A stretch of 31,669 nt of DNA from Deferrisomatales bacterium (GCA_033551855.1 JAWSUI010000022.1:1-31669); one strand, 5' to 3'; shown: positions 1-9,654, counted from the first letter of the stretch. A program made the numbers and translations. Notes: a model not told the origin generated them from the sequence alone.

Positions 1-185
1 CGGCGACACCCCTTCGCATGGCCGCGGATGGCGGGGCGGAGCGGAGGGGCTCGCGGGCTCCGCTCGCCGACCAGCCGGTGAATCCAGGGACAGCCCGGTC
101 GTTGACGCCCACCACGATTCCCGTTATGGTTCTGGACGGTTGATCCTTGCCGGCGTTCTCCGCGCCATTCGAGAGGCATCCTCCC

Positions 186-839
186 ATGCACGTCCTGCGC
201 TTCGCCGCTCTCCTCGCCGCACTCTTGGCCATTGCCTGTGCCGGCAAGCACAAGCGGGCCGAGCTCCCCCCGGAGGAGCTCTACCGGCAGGCCCAGGAGG
301 CGGTGGAGCGCAAGCGCTATGACCGCGCCCAGGAGCTTCTCGACCAGCTCCGGGACGAGTACCCCTTCTCCCGCCTCGCACCGGAAGCCGAGCTGCTCTC
401 GGCAGACATGGCCTACCAACAGAAGAATTACGAGGAGGCGGCCGCCGCCTACCGCTCCTTCGAGGAGCTCCACCCGACCAACCCGAGGGCCTCCTATGCC
501 CTCTACCGGCGGGGGTTGGCCTACGCTGCCCTGAGCCTCCCGGAGGACCGGGACCAGAGCGGCACCCGCAGCGCCGTCGCCGCCCTGGAGAGGCTGCTCT
601 ACGCGCACCCCGGCAGCGAGTACGCGGAGGACGCGCAGCGCCGACTGATCGAGCTGCGGGGCCGTCTGGCCGGCCACGAGCTCTATGTGGCCCGTTACTA
701 CCTGCGCCGAAAGAACTACGGCGCGGCTCTCCAGCGACTGGAGACGCTGGTCCAGGAGTACCCGGACGCCCCCCAGCGGGATGAAGCGCTCCGCCTGGCC
801 CTGGAGCTCCAGGCCCGAACCGGGACCGACAGCCGCTGA
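186..839 (+). CDS. bamD: Outer membrane protein assembly factor BamD (TPR lipoprotein)
   Basis: ATG at 186 gives a lipoprotein signal (MHVLRFAALLAALLAIAC). Sequence has YPFS, F..LHP, ALYRRGL, RDQS and LAGHELYVARYY motifs typical of BamD/YfiO. Confidence 0.9.
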   Translation: MHVLRFAALLAALLAIACAGKHKRAELPPEELYRQAQEAVERKRYDRAQELLDQLRDEYPFSRLAPEAELLSADMAYQQKNYEEAAAAYRSFEELHPTNPRASYALYRRGLAYAALSLPEDRDQSGTRSAVAALERLLYAHPGSEYAEDAQRRLIELRGRLAGHELYVARYYLRRKNYGAALQRLETLVQEYPDAPQRDEALRLALELQARTGTDSR

Positions 840-1070
840 ACCCGTGGAGGACCCGTCGCGAGCCGGCCCGGTCGCCACCCACGCGAACGCGAAGGAGGAG
901 ACTTCGCCAACCGCCGGGCTGGAAACCTCCGGGGCGGCGGCGGGATCGGTGTCACGCTCCCGGGCGACACCCATCCAGATGGGAACCGAGGCGGAGGGGG
1001 TGCACGGCGGACGGCGACACGGCCGGCCGGCGCCGCGGAGGGAGATCGAGGTGTCGGAGGGAGGGAGACC

Positions 1071-1778
1071 GTGGAAGCGGCAATGATCGAGCTCTACCAG
1101 TTGGGCCGCGAAGCCTTCGACGAGGGGCGCCTCGACGACGCCGAGCGCTTCTTCCAGAAGTTGTCATCCCTCGGGTGCCGCTTCGCGGACGTGCTGAACA
1201 TGCTCGGCATCATCGCCTTCGAGAAGGGCGAGTACCGGGCGGCCGAGGAACACTTCGAGGAGGCGCTGCGGATCAACCCGCGGTACACGGAGGTGTGCCT
1301 GAACCTGGCGGTGACCCTCAACGAGATGGGCCAGTACTCCTCCGCAGAGGGGGCATTCGACCGCGCTCGGAAGGTCTCCCGGGTGGAACAGGGAGCCGTC
1401 GATCCCTTCGTCAAGGGCCGCCTGGCCAATCTGCACGCAGACATCGGGGAGATCTACCACGGGCTCGGAATCCACGACGAGGCAGTGGTGGAGTATCGGA
1501 AGGCGCTGGACCTGGGTCCCCACTTCCCCGACCTGCGCACCAGGCTGGGCATCCTTTACCGGGACATGGGAGACCACGAGCGGGCCATCGCCGAGCTCAA
1601 CCGGGTCCGCAGGGAGCACCCCCACTACACACAGGCCACCATCCAGTTGGGGATCACCTACTACGCCCGAGGGCAGACCGAGCTCGCGGTCGAGGAGTGG
1701 AGCTCCATCCTCGAAAAGGAGCCGAACCACCCCAAGGCTCTCATGTATCTGCAGCTCGCGGAGCGGGACCAGCTCTGA
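1071..1778 (+). CDS. Tetratricopeptide repeat protein
   Basis: Multiple TPR units (ADVLNMLGII...ALRINPRY, YRKALDLGPHFPD). GGAGG RBS lies before GTG 1071; alternative ATG at 1083. Confidence 0.85.
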   Translation: MEAAMIELYQLGREAFDEGRLDDAERFFQKLSSLGCRFADVLNMLGIIAFEKGEYRAAEEHFEEALRINPRYTEVCLNLAVTLNEMGQYSSAEGAFDRARKVSRVEQGAVDPFVKGRLANLHADIGEIYHGLGIHDEAVVEYRKALDLGPHFPDLRTRLGILYRDMGDHERAIAELNRVRREHPHYTQATIQLGITYYARGQTELAVEEWSSILEKEPNHPKALMYLQLAERDQL

Positions 1779-1796
1779 CCGGCCCTCCCCCAGGGT

Positions 1797-3062
1797 TCAC
1801 CCTCCCTCCGCCTCCCCCTGCTCCTCCACCGCGACCACCCGGAGCCCGTTCCCGGGGGAGAGGTCGATGAGAGTCCCGCCCTCGACTTCCACCCGCGGAC
1901 AGAGCAGGTCTTCCCGGCCGGGCTCCCGGATCTCCGCCAGACGTTCGTCCGACAGGCGAACCCGGGTCCCTTCTCCGAGGAGCTCCAGCAGCGTGCCCAG
2001 CGTCGCCACGTACCGTCGGGGAAGGACCTCTCGGTTCACCTCCTGGATCAACGCGCTGAAGGCCCTCTCGGTGGTCCAAGACCCGCGGTAGGGTCGTACG
2101 GTCCGCAGGGCATCGTACACGTCCGCCACCGCCACGAGCAGGGCGGCGGGATGCGGTGGCCCCCCCCCCTGGAAAACCGGGTACCCCGTGCCGTCGCTGC
2201 GCAAGTGATGCTGACACGCCACCACCGGGAGCAGGGGATCCACGCCACCGCGCAGGCGGAGCAGGATGGCAGCCCCCTCCTGGGCGTGGGCGTTCATGAT
2301 GGCCCGCTCCCCGTCGTCAAGGGCCCCGGGTTTGTTCAGGAGCTCCGCGGGGATTCGTTCCTTCCCCACGTCGTGGCACAGCGCGGCCAGCGAAAGGGCT
2401 TTGATCCGCTCTTCGGGCACCCCCAGGCGGCGACCCAGGGCCGTGGCCAGCACGCAGACGTTCAGGGCATGGGTGAACGTGTAGTCGTCGTGCCCCTTCA
2501 GGGCTCGGACAGGACCGAGCAGATCCTCGCCCGAAGCCAGATGGGTGGCGACGGCGAAGACCACCTCCTGGGCTCGGTGCAGGCCCTCGGGGCTCTCCTC
2601 GGAGAGCTTCCCGAGCGCCTGCTGCACGTCGGGCAACAAGTTCTCGTAGGAGGGCGGTAAGGGCTCGTCCTCTGGCCGCTCCGGCTCCGCCTCAACCCGC
2701 ACGACGCCCGCGCGGATGAGCCCGCCCCCCGTACCTGTCTCGCCTCCTCCACCGACGAGCCCCTCGACCCAGGCCTCCAGATCCTCCGCCCCGACGTCGG
2801 CTTCGATGTGGAGGGCTTCCTGCCCCCGGGCCCCCAGAATCTCCATGAGCGCCAGGAGGGAGGAGGGGGTTTCCTGCAGGGTCTCGTTCTCGACCACAAG
2901 GTTCGCGCCGAGCCGGGCGATGCGAACCCGGCACCCGAGCTCCGAGAGGGTCTCCGCCGCCCGCTCGGCGGCCTTCCGGACCTGCTCGTTGCCCCTCGGG
3001 TACATCCGGCGGGCCCGGTACAGGGTCCCCAGCTCCCGGAGAAACCGCGCCACCTCGGCCAT
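1797..3062 (-). CDS. HD-GYP domain protein (putative cyclic di-GMP phosphodiesterase)
   Basis: C-terminal part of the 918-aa ORF, true start ATG 3062 (MAEVARF). Motifs DDYTFTHALNV, CHDVGK, QHH..DGTGYP and VADVYDALRTVRPYR. Confidence 0.9.
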   Translation of the reverse strand: MAEVARFLRELGTLYRARRMYPRGNEQVRKAAERAAETLSELGCRVRIARLGANLVVENETLQETPSSLLALMEILGARGQEALHIEADVGAEDLEAWVEGLVGGGGETGTGGGLIRAGVVRVEAEPERPEDEPLPPSYENLLPDVQQALGKLSEESPEGLHRAQEVVFAVATHLASGEDLLGPVRALKGHDDYTFTHALNVCVLATALGRRLGVPEERIKALSLAALCHDVGKERIPAELLNKPGALDDGERAIMNAHAQEGAAILLRLRGGVDPLLPVVACQHHLRSDGTGYPVFQGGGPPHPAALLVAVADVYDALRTVRPYRGSWTTERAFSALIQEVNREVLPRRYVATLGTLLELLGEGTRVRLSDERLAEIREPGREDLLCPRVEVEGGTLIDLSPGNGLRVVAVEEQGEAEGG

Positions 3063-3064
3063 GG

Positions 3065-4852
3065 CTATCCCCTCTCCGCCCTTGCCTCGACAAGGGCCCT
3101 CTCCACGAGGCCCCTCTCCTCTCCCCCATACGGGGCTCGCTGCAGGAACTCGGCCAGAGCGCTGCGGGCGGCGGGAACCGGGATCCGGGCGAGGGCCTGC
3201 ACCGCCTCGTGCCGCACATGGGTGTTCTCGTGGGACAGGAGGCTCCGGAGGGCGGGTATCGTCCGGGGGTCGCCGCGGCGACCCAACACCGTTGCCAGGT
3301 TGCGGGTGACGAACCACGGACCGCTCCGGAGCCTCAGCACCAGGACCGGTGTCGCCGCCGGGGAGAAGGCGCACAGGGCCTCCACCAGGAACCTCCGTAC
3401 CGCGAGCCGCTCCTCCTGCCCCAGGGCTCGGAGCACCGCGTCCAGCAGCAGCCCCTCGTGTCGGCGCACGAAGGCAAACAACGCTTCCCGCCCCTCGGCA
3501 TCGGTGCCCCGCAGGTTCCGGCACGCCCCGTCGAACACGGCATGGACCAAACGGGGCCGCTTCCCGACGAGACCGGGCAGGGAGCGCTCCACCAGGTTGA
3601 GGAAGCGGGCCAGGGTCTCGGGACGCTCCCCGAAAACCCGGGACTCGAGGCGGTCCAGAAGGGCGCCGCCCCACGCGAGCGGGTCCGTGCTGGCGAGCAA
3701 CAGGTACACGCCGTCGAGCTGGTCCGTGACGTCCTCGAGGAGCTCGCCGGCAGGAGTTTCTTCCACCGGGGACGCCCCATCCCCGGAAAGGCCTTCCAGG
3801 GAAGACGCGTAGTCCTCCCCCATGAAGGGGTCTTCGTCCAACTCGAGCAAGAACGACTCCACCGCCTTCCAGACGTCCAGGGCAAACCCGGTGCTGGGCC
3901 CCTCGGACAGCCGGGCGCGCACCAGGGGAAGGAGGTCCTCCCCTCCCTCCGGCGCAAACCGCCGAAACACGTCGGCAATGCGTCGGGTGTCCCGCCCCTC
4001 CAGGGAAATCATGGCGGCCAGGACATCTACGAGCCTCTCCCCTTTGACGCCCTGGGAGACCCCGGACACGAGGGGGCCGTGGAGCCCCTCCCGGGCATCG
4101 GCAGCCAGGAGGAGTTCCCCCATCTCTCGGGACCCCAGGGAGTCTCCCAGCTCCGTCAAGCGCCCGGCCACCGCTTTGCGGCCCTCCCCCGACATCAGTG
4201 CCAGGGCCTCCTGCAGCTTGCGCCCGAGGCTCAGGAGCCAGCGGGCCACCTCTGGCGCCTCCGCGTCCCAGGGCTCCCCGGTCGCCAGGGCCTCGGCCAC
4301 CTCCAGGGCCGTGGTGTTCTGATTGAGCAGCCACTCCCACAGGTCTCGGGCATCTCTGGCCGCCGCCTCCGGGCCCACGAGGGCTCCCTCCTCGAAGGAC
4401 TCGTGCAGTCGCTCCAGGTCGAGCGGCTCGACGGCGATGGCGCAGACCGCCCGCTCTCGGAGGGCCTGCAGCAGCTCCTCGCCGCTCCGCGAGAGGTCCG
4501 CGAGGACCTCTGCGAAGCCCACGGCGTCGGCCACGGTGGCTTCCCTCGTCCACACCAGGCGCAGGACCCGGCGCAGGTGGAGGTGGGCCGCCAGATACGC
4601 GGCGCGGGAGTGCTTGCCGCCCACGCTCACCTTCCCGAGGGTGAGCTCGTCACCCATCACCCCCAACTCCAGGGGCGCCGGCATCTCCGCCCGGACACGC
4701 TCCATGAGGCGGTGGGCCGCCTCGGACAAGAAGGGGTGGGACGAAGGGTAGACCTTGACTGCCCGGACCAACGCCAGGAGGTCCCGTGCGAAGGCCTCCA
4801 CGGTCTCGGCGCAGTCAGGGGCGGGGTCGTTACTCCCGGGGGCGCGTTCCAT
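3065..4852 (-). CDS. HEAT-repeat domain protein, probably co-transcribed with the HD-GYP gene
   Basis: C-terminal HEAT/PBS-like repeats (WFVTRNLATVLG, HVRHEAVQALAR). N-terminus has a YP..HP motif similar to the HD-GYP N-terminus. 2-bp gap to the HD-GYP gene. Confidence 0.75.
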   Translation of the reverse strand: MERAPGSNDPAPDCAETVEAFARDLLALVRAVKVYPSSHPFLSEAAHRLMERVRAEMPAPLELGVMGDELTLGKVSVGGKHSRAAYLAAHLHLRRVLRLVWTREATVADAVGFAEVLADLSRSGEELLQALRERAVCAIAVEPLDLERLHESFEEGALVGPEAAARDARDLWEWLLNQNTTALEVAEALATGEPWDAEAPEVARWLLSLGRKLQEALALMSGEGRKAVAGRLTELGDSLGSREMGELLLAADAREGLHGPLVSGVSQGVKGERLVDVLAAMISLEGRDTRRIADVFRRFAPEGGEDLLPLVRARLSEGPSTGFALDVWKAVESFLLELDEDPFMGEDYASSLEGLSGDGASPVEETPAGELLEDVTDQLDGVYLLLASTDPLAWGGALLDRLESRVFGERPETLARFLNLVERSLPGLVGKRPRLVHAVFDGACRNLRGTDAEGREALFAFVRRHEGLLLDAVLRALGQEERLAVRRFLVEALCAFSPAATPVLVLRLRSGPWFVTRNLATVLGRRGDPRTIPALRSLLSHENTHVRHEAVQALARIPVPAARSALAEFLQRAPYGGEERGLVERALVEARAERG

Positions 4853-4993
4853 GCCCCAACGGATCGACCGAAACGGGCCCGAAGTTGAGCCCCCGGATCG
4901 ATACGGGATTCTTCTGCACCCCGCTGGAGTCGGCCTCTCCCAGCGCCGACTCCCCGGGTGGGGCGGCCCCCTGGAGGCCCGGTGACGGGCGGC

Positions 4994-5227
4994 TCAGCCG
5001 CCGGCCACCGGCGGGAAGACGCTCAGGGTGTCGCCGTCGCCGAGGGCTTGATCCGGTTGTGCGTGGCGACTGTTGACGAGGAGGATGCGGGGCTTGTCCC
5101 GAGGCACCTGAAACAGGTCGAGCACGTCCTGGACCGTCGCCCCGTCAGGGACTTCCGCCGCGTGGGGGCTTTGCCCTTGGGGCAGATAACTGCGCAGGCC
5201 GGCGAAAAACTTCAGATGGACGACCAC
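4994..5227 (-). CDS. moaD: MoaD/ThiS family sulfur carrier
   Basis: 77-aa ubiquitin-like protein (FFAGLR...DGDTLSVFPPVAGG) ending in Gly-Gly. GGAGG RBS. Directly downstream of AOR. Confidence 0.88.
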   Translation of the reverse strand: MVVHLKFFAGLRSYLPQGQSPHAAEVPDGATVQDVLDLFQVPRDKPRILLVNSRHAQPDQALGDGDTLSVFPPVAGG

Positions 5228-5251
5228 GGATCGCCTCCCGGATCAGCAGTC

Positions 5252-5278
5252 GGAGAGGGGGCCGGGGCCCCCCTCTCC
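5252..5278. repeat. GC-rich intergenic hairpin between aor and moaD
   Basis: 10-bp stem GGAGAGGGGG / CCCCCTCTCC. No U-tract follows, so it is more likely an mRNA-stabilising or attenuating hairpin than an intrinsic terminator. Confidence 0.5.
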
Positions 5279-5295
5279 AACCTCGGGCCGAGGGT

Positions 5296-7047
5296 CTACT
5301 GCACGAAGTTGAAGACCTGATCGAGCTCCTCGTCCGGCACGGTAAACACCGCATTGTGGGGCGGAAGGGGCTCGGTGCGCATCCAGTCCGGGAGCCGGTC
5401 GTGGGCCGCGGCAAAACCTGCGGCCAGGTTGAACTTGCGCTCCATGGAGAGGACCGTCTTTCCGAGCTCCACCACGTCGTCCACCTTGAGCTCGGTGCCG
5501 TAGAGGCCGTTGATCATCTCGCAGGCCTGGGGCAGGCCGTCGGGGTTGTCCAGCAGCGCGAAGGCCACGAAGAGGCACAGGCCCGTGGAGTCCACCGCTG
5601 CCGTGGCGATCTGGAGGTTGCGGCTCAAATCCACCTGCCCCTCGGGCTTCAAGGGATCCACGTAGCCCCCCACCTTGAGGATGTTGGTGGCGATGGCGTA
5701 GCCAGCGGTGTGGTCCGCCCCCTGGGTCGAGGTGGCGTAGGTGACGCCGATGCCCTGGATGGCGCGCGGCTCGTAGGCCGGCATGGCCTGGCCCTTCACG
5801 GTGGGAATGTGGTCCACGCCGAAACACCGGCCGACGGTATCGGCGCCGCACCCGAGGATGCGCCCGAGGGGCGTGCCCTTGCGGACCTCCTCCAGGAGCC
5901 GGATGGCCGCATCCGCGTCTCCGAACTTCGCCAGCCCGGCGTCCATCGCAACCCCGATGGCGGCCCCCATCTCGATGGTGTCGAGACCGATGTCGTCGTC
6001 CAGGTAGTCCATCCGGGCGATGGCGTCCAGGTCATCGATGCAGCAGTTGGTGCCGTGGGCCCAGATGGTCTCGTACTCGGGCCCCTTGGAGATGTAGTGC
6101 CCATCCTTGTCCGCGTAGATCCGCGAGCACTGGATGATGCACCCGGAGTGGCAGCCGTGGGGGAGCTTCCCGTCGCCCCCGCGCTTCAAGATCCGGTCGT
6201 GCTGCTCCTCGCCTGAGATCTTGGACGCGCCTTCGAAGCTCCCGAGCCGGAAGTTCTTGGTGGGGAGCCCGCCGGCCTCGTTGATGATGTTCTGGAGAAC
6301 GTTGGTACCGTAGGTGGGTAGCCCCTCACCGGTGACCGCGTGGTCCTTGAGGATCTTGGCGAAACTGCGCGAGGCCTCGCTCAGCCGGGCCTTGTCCTTG
6401 GGCTCCTTCATGGAGGTACCGTTGTCGTCGCACACGATGGCCTTGAGCCGCTTGGAGCCCATGAGCGCCCCCAGCCCTCCGCGGCCCGCGTGGCGGGTGG
6501 GCCGCAGCTCCGGGTCGGTGCAGGCGATGGAGGCTGCGGTGAGGCCCCACTCGCCCGCCATGCCGATGGTGATGTAGCCCACCTTCTTTTCGCCGTACTT
6601 GGCCGTGAGCTTCTTCACCGCGTCGTAGTTGCCGAGTTCTTTGAGCTCCGGGCTCTCCACCAGGGAGATCCCGTCCTTCTTGAGTACCAGGGTGTAGAGC
6701 TTGCTCGCGTCCTCGGGCTTGTCCTCGATGACCAGGGCCCGGATGCCGAGCCGGCCCAGGATCTGCCCGGGCTGGCCGCCGGCGTTGGACTCCTTGATCG
6801 TCCCGGTGAGCGGGCTCTTCCCGCCCACCGAGATCCGCCCCGACTGGACCGCCGAGGAGCCGCCCAGGAGCCCCGGGGCAAACACGAGCTTGTTCGTGGC
6901 ACCCAGCGGCGGGCAGGTGGGGGGCACTTCCTCGGAGACGACGGCCGAGGTCATGGCCCGGCCCCCGAACAGGGCCCACTTCTGGGGTAGCGGCTCCTCC
7001 GTGATCTTCCGGGTCCTCATGTTGACGCGCACGATCCGGTCTGCCAT
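5296..7047 (-). CDS. aor: Aldehyde:ferredoxin oxidoreductase (W/Mo-pterin, 4Fe-4S)
   Basis: Motifs KSPLTGTIKESNAGG, AGRGGLGALMGSKRLKAI, GCHSGCIIQC, GPEYET, GLDTIEMG and DSTGLCLF. 583 aa. Confidence 0.95.
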   Translation of the reverse strand: MADRIVRVNMRTRKITEEPLPQKWALFGGRAMTSAVVSEEVPPTCPPLGATNKLVFAPGLLGGSSAVQSGRISVGGKSPLTGTIKESNAGGQPGQILGRLGIRALVIEDKPEDASKLYTLVLKKDGISLVESPELKELGNYDAVKKLTAKYGEKKVGYITIGMAGEWGLTAASIACTDPELRPTRHAGRGGLGALMGSKRLKAIVCDDNGTSMKEPKDKARLSEASRSFAKILKDHAVTGEGLPTYGTNVLQNIINEAGGLPTKNFRLGSFEGASKISGEEQHDRILKRGGDGKLPHGCHSGCIIQCSRIYADKDGHYISKGPEYETIWAHGTNCCIDDLDAIARMDYLDDDIGLDTIEMGAAIGVAMDAGLAKFGDADAAIRLLEEVRKGTPLGRILGCGADTVGRCFGVDHIPTVKGQAMPAYEPRAIQGIGVTYATSTQGADHTAGYAIATNILKVGGYVDPLKPEGQVDLSRNLQIATAAVDSTGLCLFVAFALLDNPDGLPQACEMINGLYGTELKVDDVVELGKTVLSMERKFNLAAGFAAAHDRLPDWMRTEPLPPHNAVFTVPDEELDQVFNFVQ

Positions 7048-7112
7048 CTGACCCTCCTTTTCCCGTGGGATCGGGGTGACGAAACGCCGCGAGACCCGAC
7101 GCCGATTCGAGT

Positions 7113-7958
7113 CTACCCGAGATTCGCGGCCTGGCTAGGGGCAACCGACTCCACGGCGATTCCCAGGGTGGCCCGGAAGAGCCCCGGGACGCCGAAATCT
7201 TTGCTACCCGCCCCGTACCCCACGGCCTGCACCACCAGGGGGGGCATGGGGCCGAAGCCGGCGCAGAAGTGCCGCAGCAGCGCTGCGCCCGTGGGAGTGG
7301 TCAGCTCACCACGCACCCCGTCCGAGTAGGCGGGCACACCGCACAGGAGCTCCAGGGTGGCCGGCGCCGGAACCGGCAGGACCCCGTGGGCGCACCGCAC
7401 GGTGCCGCACCCCACGTGGATGGGGGAACACCGGGCGTCCTCCGCGCCGAGCTGGTGGAAGGCCGACGATGCCGCCACGATGTCGGCGATGGAGTCCAGG
7501 GCCCCCACCTCGTGGAAGTGCACCGCTTCCGGGGACACACCGTGCACCTTGCCCTCGGCCGCCCCGAGGAGCTCGAAAACCGCCACGGCGGCGGCGGCCA
7601 CAGGCCCGGGAAGCCCCGCCGCCCGGATCAGGGAGCAAATCTCGGGCAGCCCCCGGTGGGGGTGGCGATGGTGGTGGGCGCCGTGTCCGTGTCCGTGCCC
7701 CTGTCCATGCTCGTGCCCGTGCCCCCCGTCCGCTGGTTCGTCCACGGGGCGTCCGGTGCCCGGGGCGAGCACGTCGAACTTGGTCCCCACGAGACCCCGG
7801 CGCTCCACCTTGCGGGCCCGAAGCTCCAGGCCCTCGACCCCCAGGGAGGCCACGTGGCGTTTCACGGTCTCCAGGCTCGCCCCGAGGTCCAGTAGCGCGC
7901 CGACGAACATGTCGCCGCTCACGCCGGCACTCGCGTCGAAGTAAAGGATCCGCCTCAC
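7113..7958 (-). CDS. larC: Nickel insertase LarC, N-terminal portion only (281 aa)
   Basis: GTG 7958 overlaps the larB stop. Motifs YFDASAGVSGDM, His-rich insert, VHFHEVGALDSIADIV, CAHGVLPVPAPAT and GELTTPTGAALL. Stops before the usual C-terminal domain. Confidence 0.9.
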   Translation of the reverse strand: MRRILYFDASAGVSGDMFVGALLDLGASLETVKRHVASLGVEGLELRARKVERRGLVGTKFDVLAPGTGRPVDEPADGGHGHEHGQGHGHGHGAHHHRHPHRGLPEICSLIRAAGLPGPVAAAAVAVFELLGAAEGKVHGVSPEAVHFHEVGALDSIADIVAASSAFHQLGAEDARCSPIHVGCGTVRCAHGVLPVPAPATLELLCGVPAYSDGVRGELTTPTGAALLRHFCAGFGPMPPLVVQAVGYGAGSKDFGVPGLFRATLGIAVESVAPSQAANLG

Positions 7959-8731
7959 CGCTCCCCCTCCTGGCGTCGGCCGCGAAGGGCCAGCTTGTTG
8001 ATCATGTCCGCCTGGTAGGCGGCCCCGAAGCCGTTGTCGATGTTCACCACGCTGATCCCCGAAGCACAGGAGTTGAGCATGGCCAGGAGCGCCGTGATGC
8101 CCCCGAAGCTCGTTCCGTACCCGACGCTCGTGGGAACCGCGATGACCGGAACGTCCACCAGGCCTCCGATGACGGACGGAAGCGCCCCTTCCATCCCGGC
8201 CACGGCCACCACGCAGTTGGCCTGCCGGAGCACATCGCCGTGGGCGAAGAGCCGGTGGATCCCGGCCACCCCCACGTCGTAGACACGCTCCACCCGGCTC
8301 CCGAACACCTCCAGGGCCACGGCTGCCTCCTCGGCGACGGGCAGGTCCGAGGTCCCGGCCGCCGCGAGGGCCACCAGGCCCACAGGAGCCACGGTGTCTC
8401 GTCGCAGCTCCACGACCCGGCACAGCCCGTGGTAGCGGGCCTCCGGCACCCGATCCCGCACGGCCTCGGCCACGGCGGCGCTCGCCCGCGTGCAGAGCAC
8501 GTTGGGGTTGTGGCCGGCCAGCCGCCCGAAGATCTCCGCCACCTGCTCCGGCGTCTTTCCCTCCCCGTAGATCACCTCGGGGTAGCCGTTGCGCATGCGC
8601 CGGTGGTGGTCGATCTTCGCGAACCCCACATCCTCGAAGGAGAGGCTCTTGAGGCGGTCGAGCACGTCGTCGGTGGAGATCTCCCCCTGTTTCAGGCTCT
8701 CGAGCAGGTGGCGCAGGTGGTCAGGGGTCAT
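7955..8731 (-). CDS. larB: NPN cofactor biosynthesis carboxylase/hydrolase LarB
   Basis: Motifs FAKIDHHR..R.GYPEVIYGEGKT, AGTSDLPVAEEA, DVGVAGIHRL, AGMEGALPS, AVPTSVGYG and NSCASGISVVNIDNGFGAA. Confidence 0.96.
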   Translation of the reverse strand: MTPDHLRHLLESLKQGEISTDDVLDRLKSLSFEDVGFAKIDHHRRMRNGYPEVIYGEGKTPEQVAEIFGRLAGHNPNVLCTRASAAVAEAVRDRVPEARYHGLCRVVELRRDTVAPVGLVALAAAGTSDLPVAEEAAVALEVFGSRVERVYDVGVAGIHRLFAHGDVLRQANCVVAVAGMEGALPSVIGGLVDVPVIAVPTSVGYGTSFGGITALLAMLNSCASGISVVNIDNGFGAAYQADMINKLALRGRRQEGER

Positions 8732-8770
8732 GGTTGGCTCGTCGTCCGTTGTCCGTGGGGTTTTCCGACC

Positions 8771-8798
8771 GATTCACGATTCACCATTCACGACTCAC
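8771..8798. repeat. Heptamer tandem repeat (GATTCAC-like x4)
   Basis: GATTCAC GATTCAC CATTCAC GACTCAC, overlapping the larE stop codon. Confidence 0.7.
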
Positions 8799-9609
8799 GC
8801 TCCCCCAGCACCTCGTTCATGGCCCCGGTGCGGTAGCCCTGAAGGTCCAACGCCACGTAAGCGTAGCCGGCGGCCTTGACCGCGGCCACCACCCGGTCGC
8901 GCAGGCCGTTGGCCACCCGCTCGAATTCCTCCGGCCCCACCTCCAGGCGGGCCACGTCGCCGTGGTGGCGCACCCGGAGCACCCGCAGGCCGAGCTCCCG
9001 CAGGGCCTCCTCCGCCCGGCCCACCTGGGAGACCTTCTCCTTCGTGATGCGGACCCCGTAGGGGAAGCGCGACGAGAGGCACGCAAAGGCCGGCTTGTCC
9101 CAGGTGGGGAGGCCCAGGGCCCGGGAGAGCTCCCGGATGTCCTGCTTGGTGAGGCCGGCCTCGTCCAGGGGGCTGCGCACCCCCAACTCCCGGGCCGCCT
9201 GCCGCCCCGGTCGGTAATCTCCCCGGTCGTCGGTGTTGGTGCCGTCGAGCACGTGGGGCAGGCCCTCGGCGTCGGCCACCTCCCGCAGCTTCCCGAAGAG
9301 CTCCTTCTTGCAGAAGTAACAGCGGTTCTTCGGGTTGTCGGCAAACCCCGGCACGTCGAGCTCCTCCGACACGATGATCCGGTGCCGGGCCCCCAGGCTC
9401 CGGGCCAGCTCCTCGGCCTCCCGGCGCTCCCGTTCCGGGTAGGTCTCGGAGGTGGCCGTCACCCCCAGGACCCGGTCCCCCAGGACCTCCCGGGCCACGG
9501 CGAGGAGGAAGGTGGAGTCCACCCCCCCGGAGAACCCGACCACGGCGCCCCCCAGTTCGCGCAGGAGGCGAGTCAGGTGGTCGCGCTTGTGCTGGAGTGT
9601 GTGTTTCAT
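8788..9609 (-). CDS. larE: ATP-dependent sulfur transferase LarE
   Basis: PP-loop FSGGVDSTFL, RCYFCK, DGTN.DD.GDYRPG, ACLSSRFPYG, RVRHHG and LDLQGYRTG. Confidence 0.95.
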   Translation of the reverse strand: MKHTLQHKRDHLTRLLRELGGAVVGFSGGVDSTFLLAVAREVLGDRVLGVTATSETYPERERREAEELARSLGARHRIIVSEELDVPGFADNPKNRCYFCKKELFGKLREVADAEGLPHVLDGTNTDDRGDYRPGRQAARELGVRSPLDEAGLTKQDIRELSRALGLPTWDKPAFACLSSRFPYGVRITKEKVSQVGRAEEALRELGLRVLRVRHHGDVARLEVGPEEFERVANGLRDRVVAAVKAAGYAYVALDLQGYRTGAMNEVLGERES

Positions 9610-9654
9610 CGGAAGCCTGCCTCTTGTCCGTTTTCCGTGGGAGTCGATCGGCCC

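Noticed and set aside
840..1070. Possible small ORF or ncRNA between bamD and the TPR gene
   Set aside because: No convincing RBS-start pair, motif or recognisable RNA structure.
7047..7200. Programmed frameshift extending larC into a larC2 domain
   Set aside because: Only 65 bp separate the larC stop from the aor start, too little to encode a C-terminal domain in any frame.
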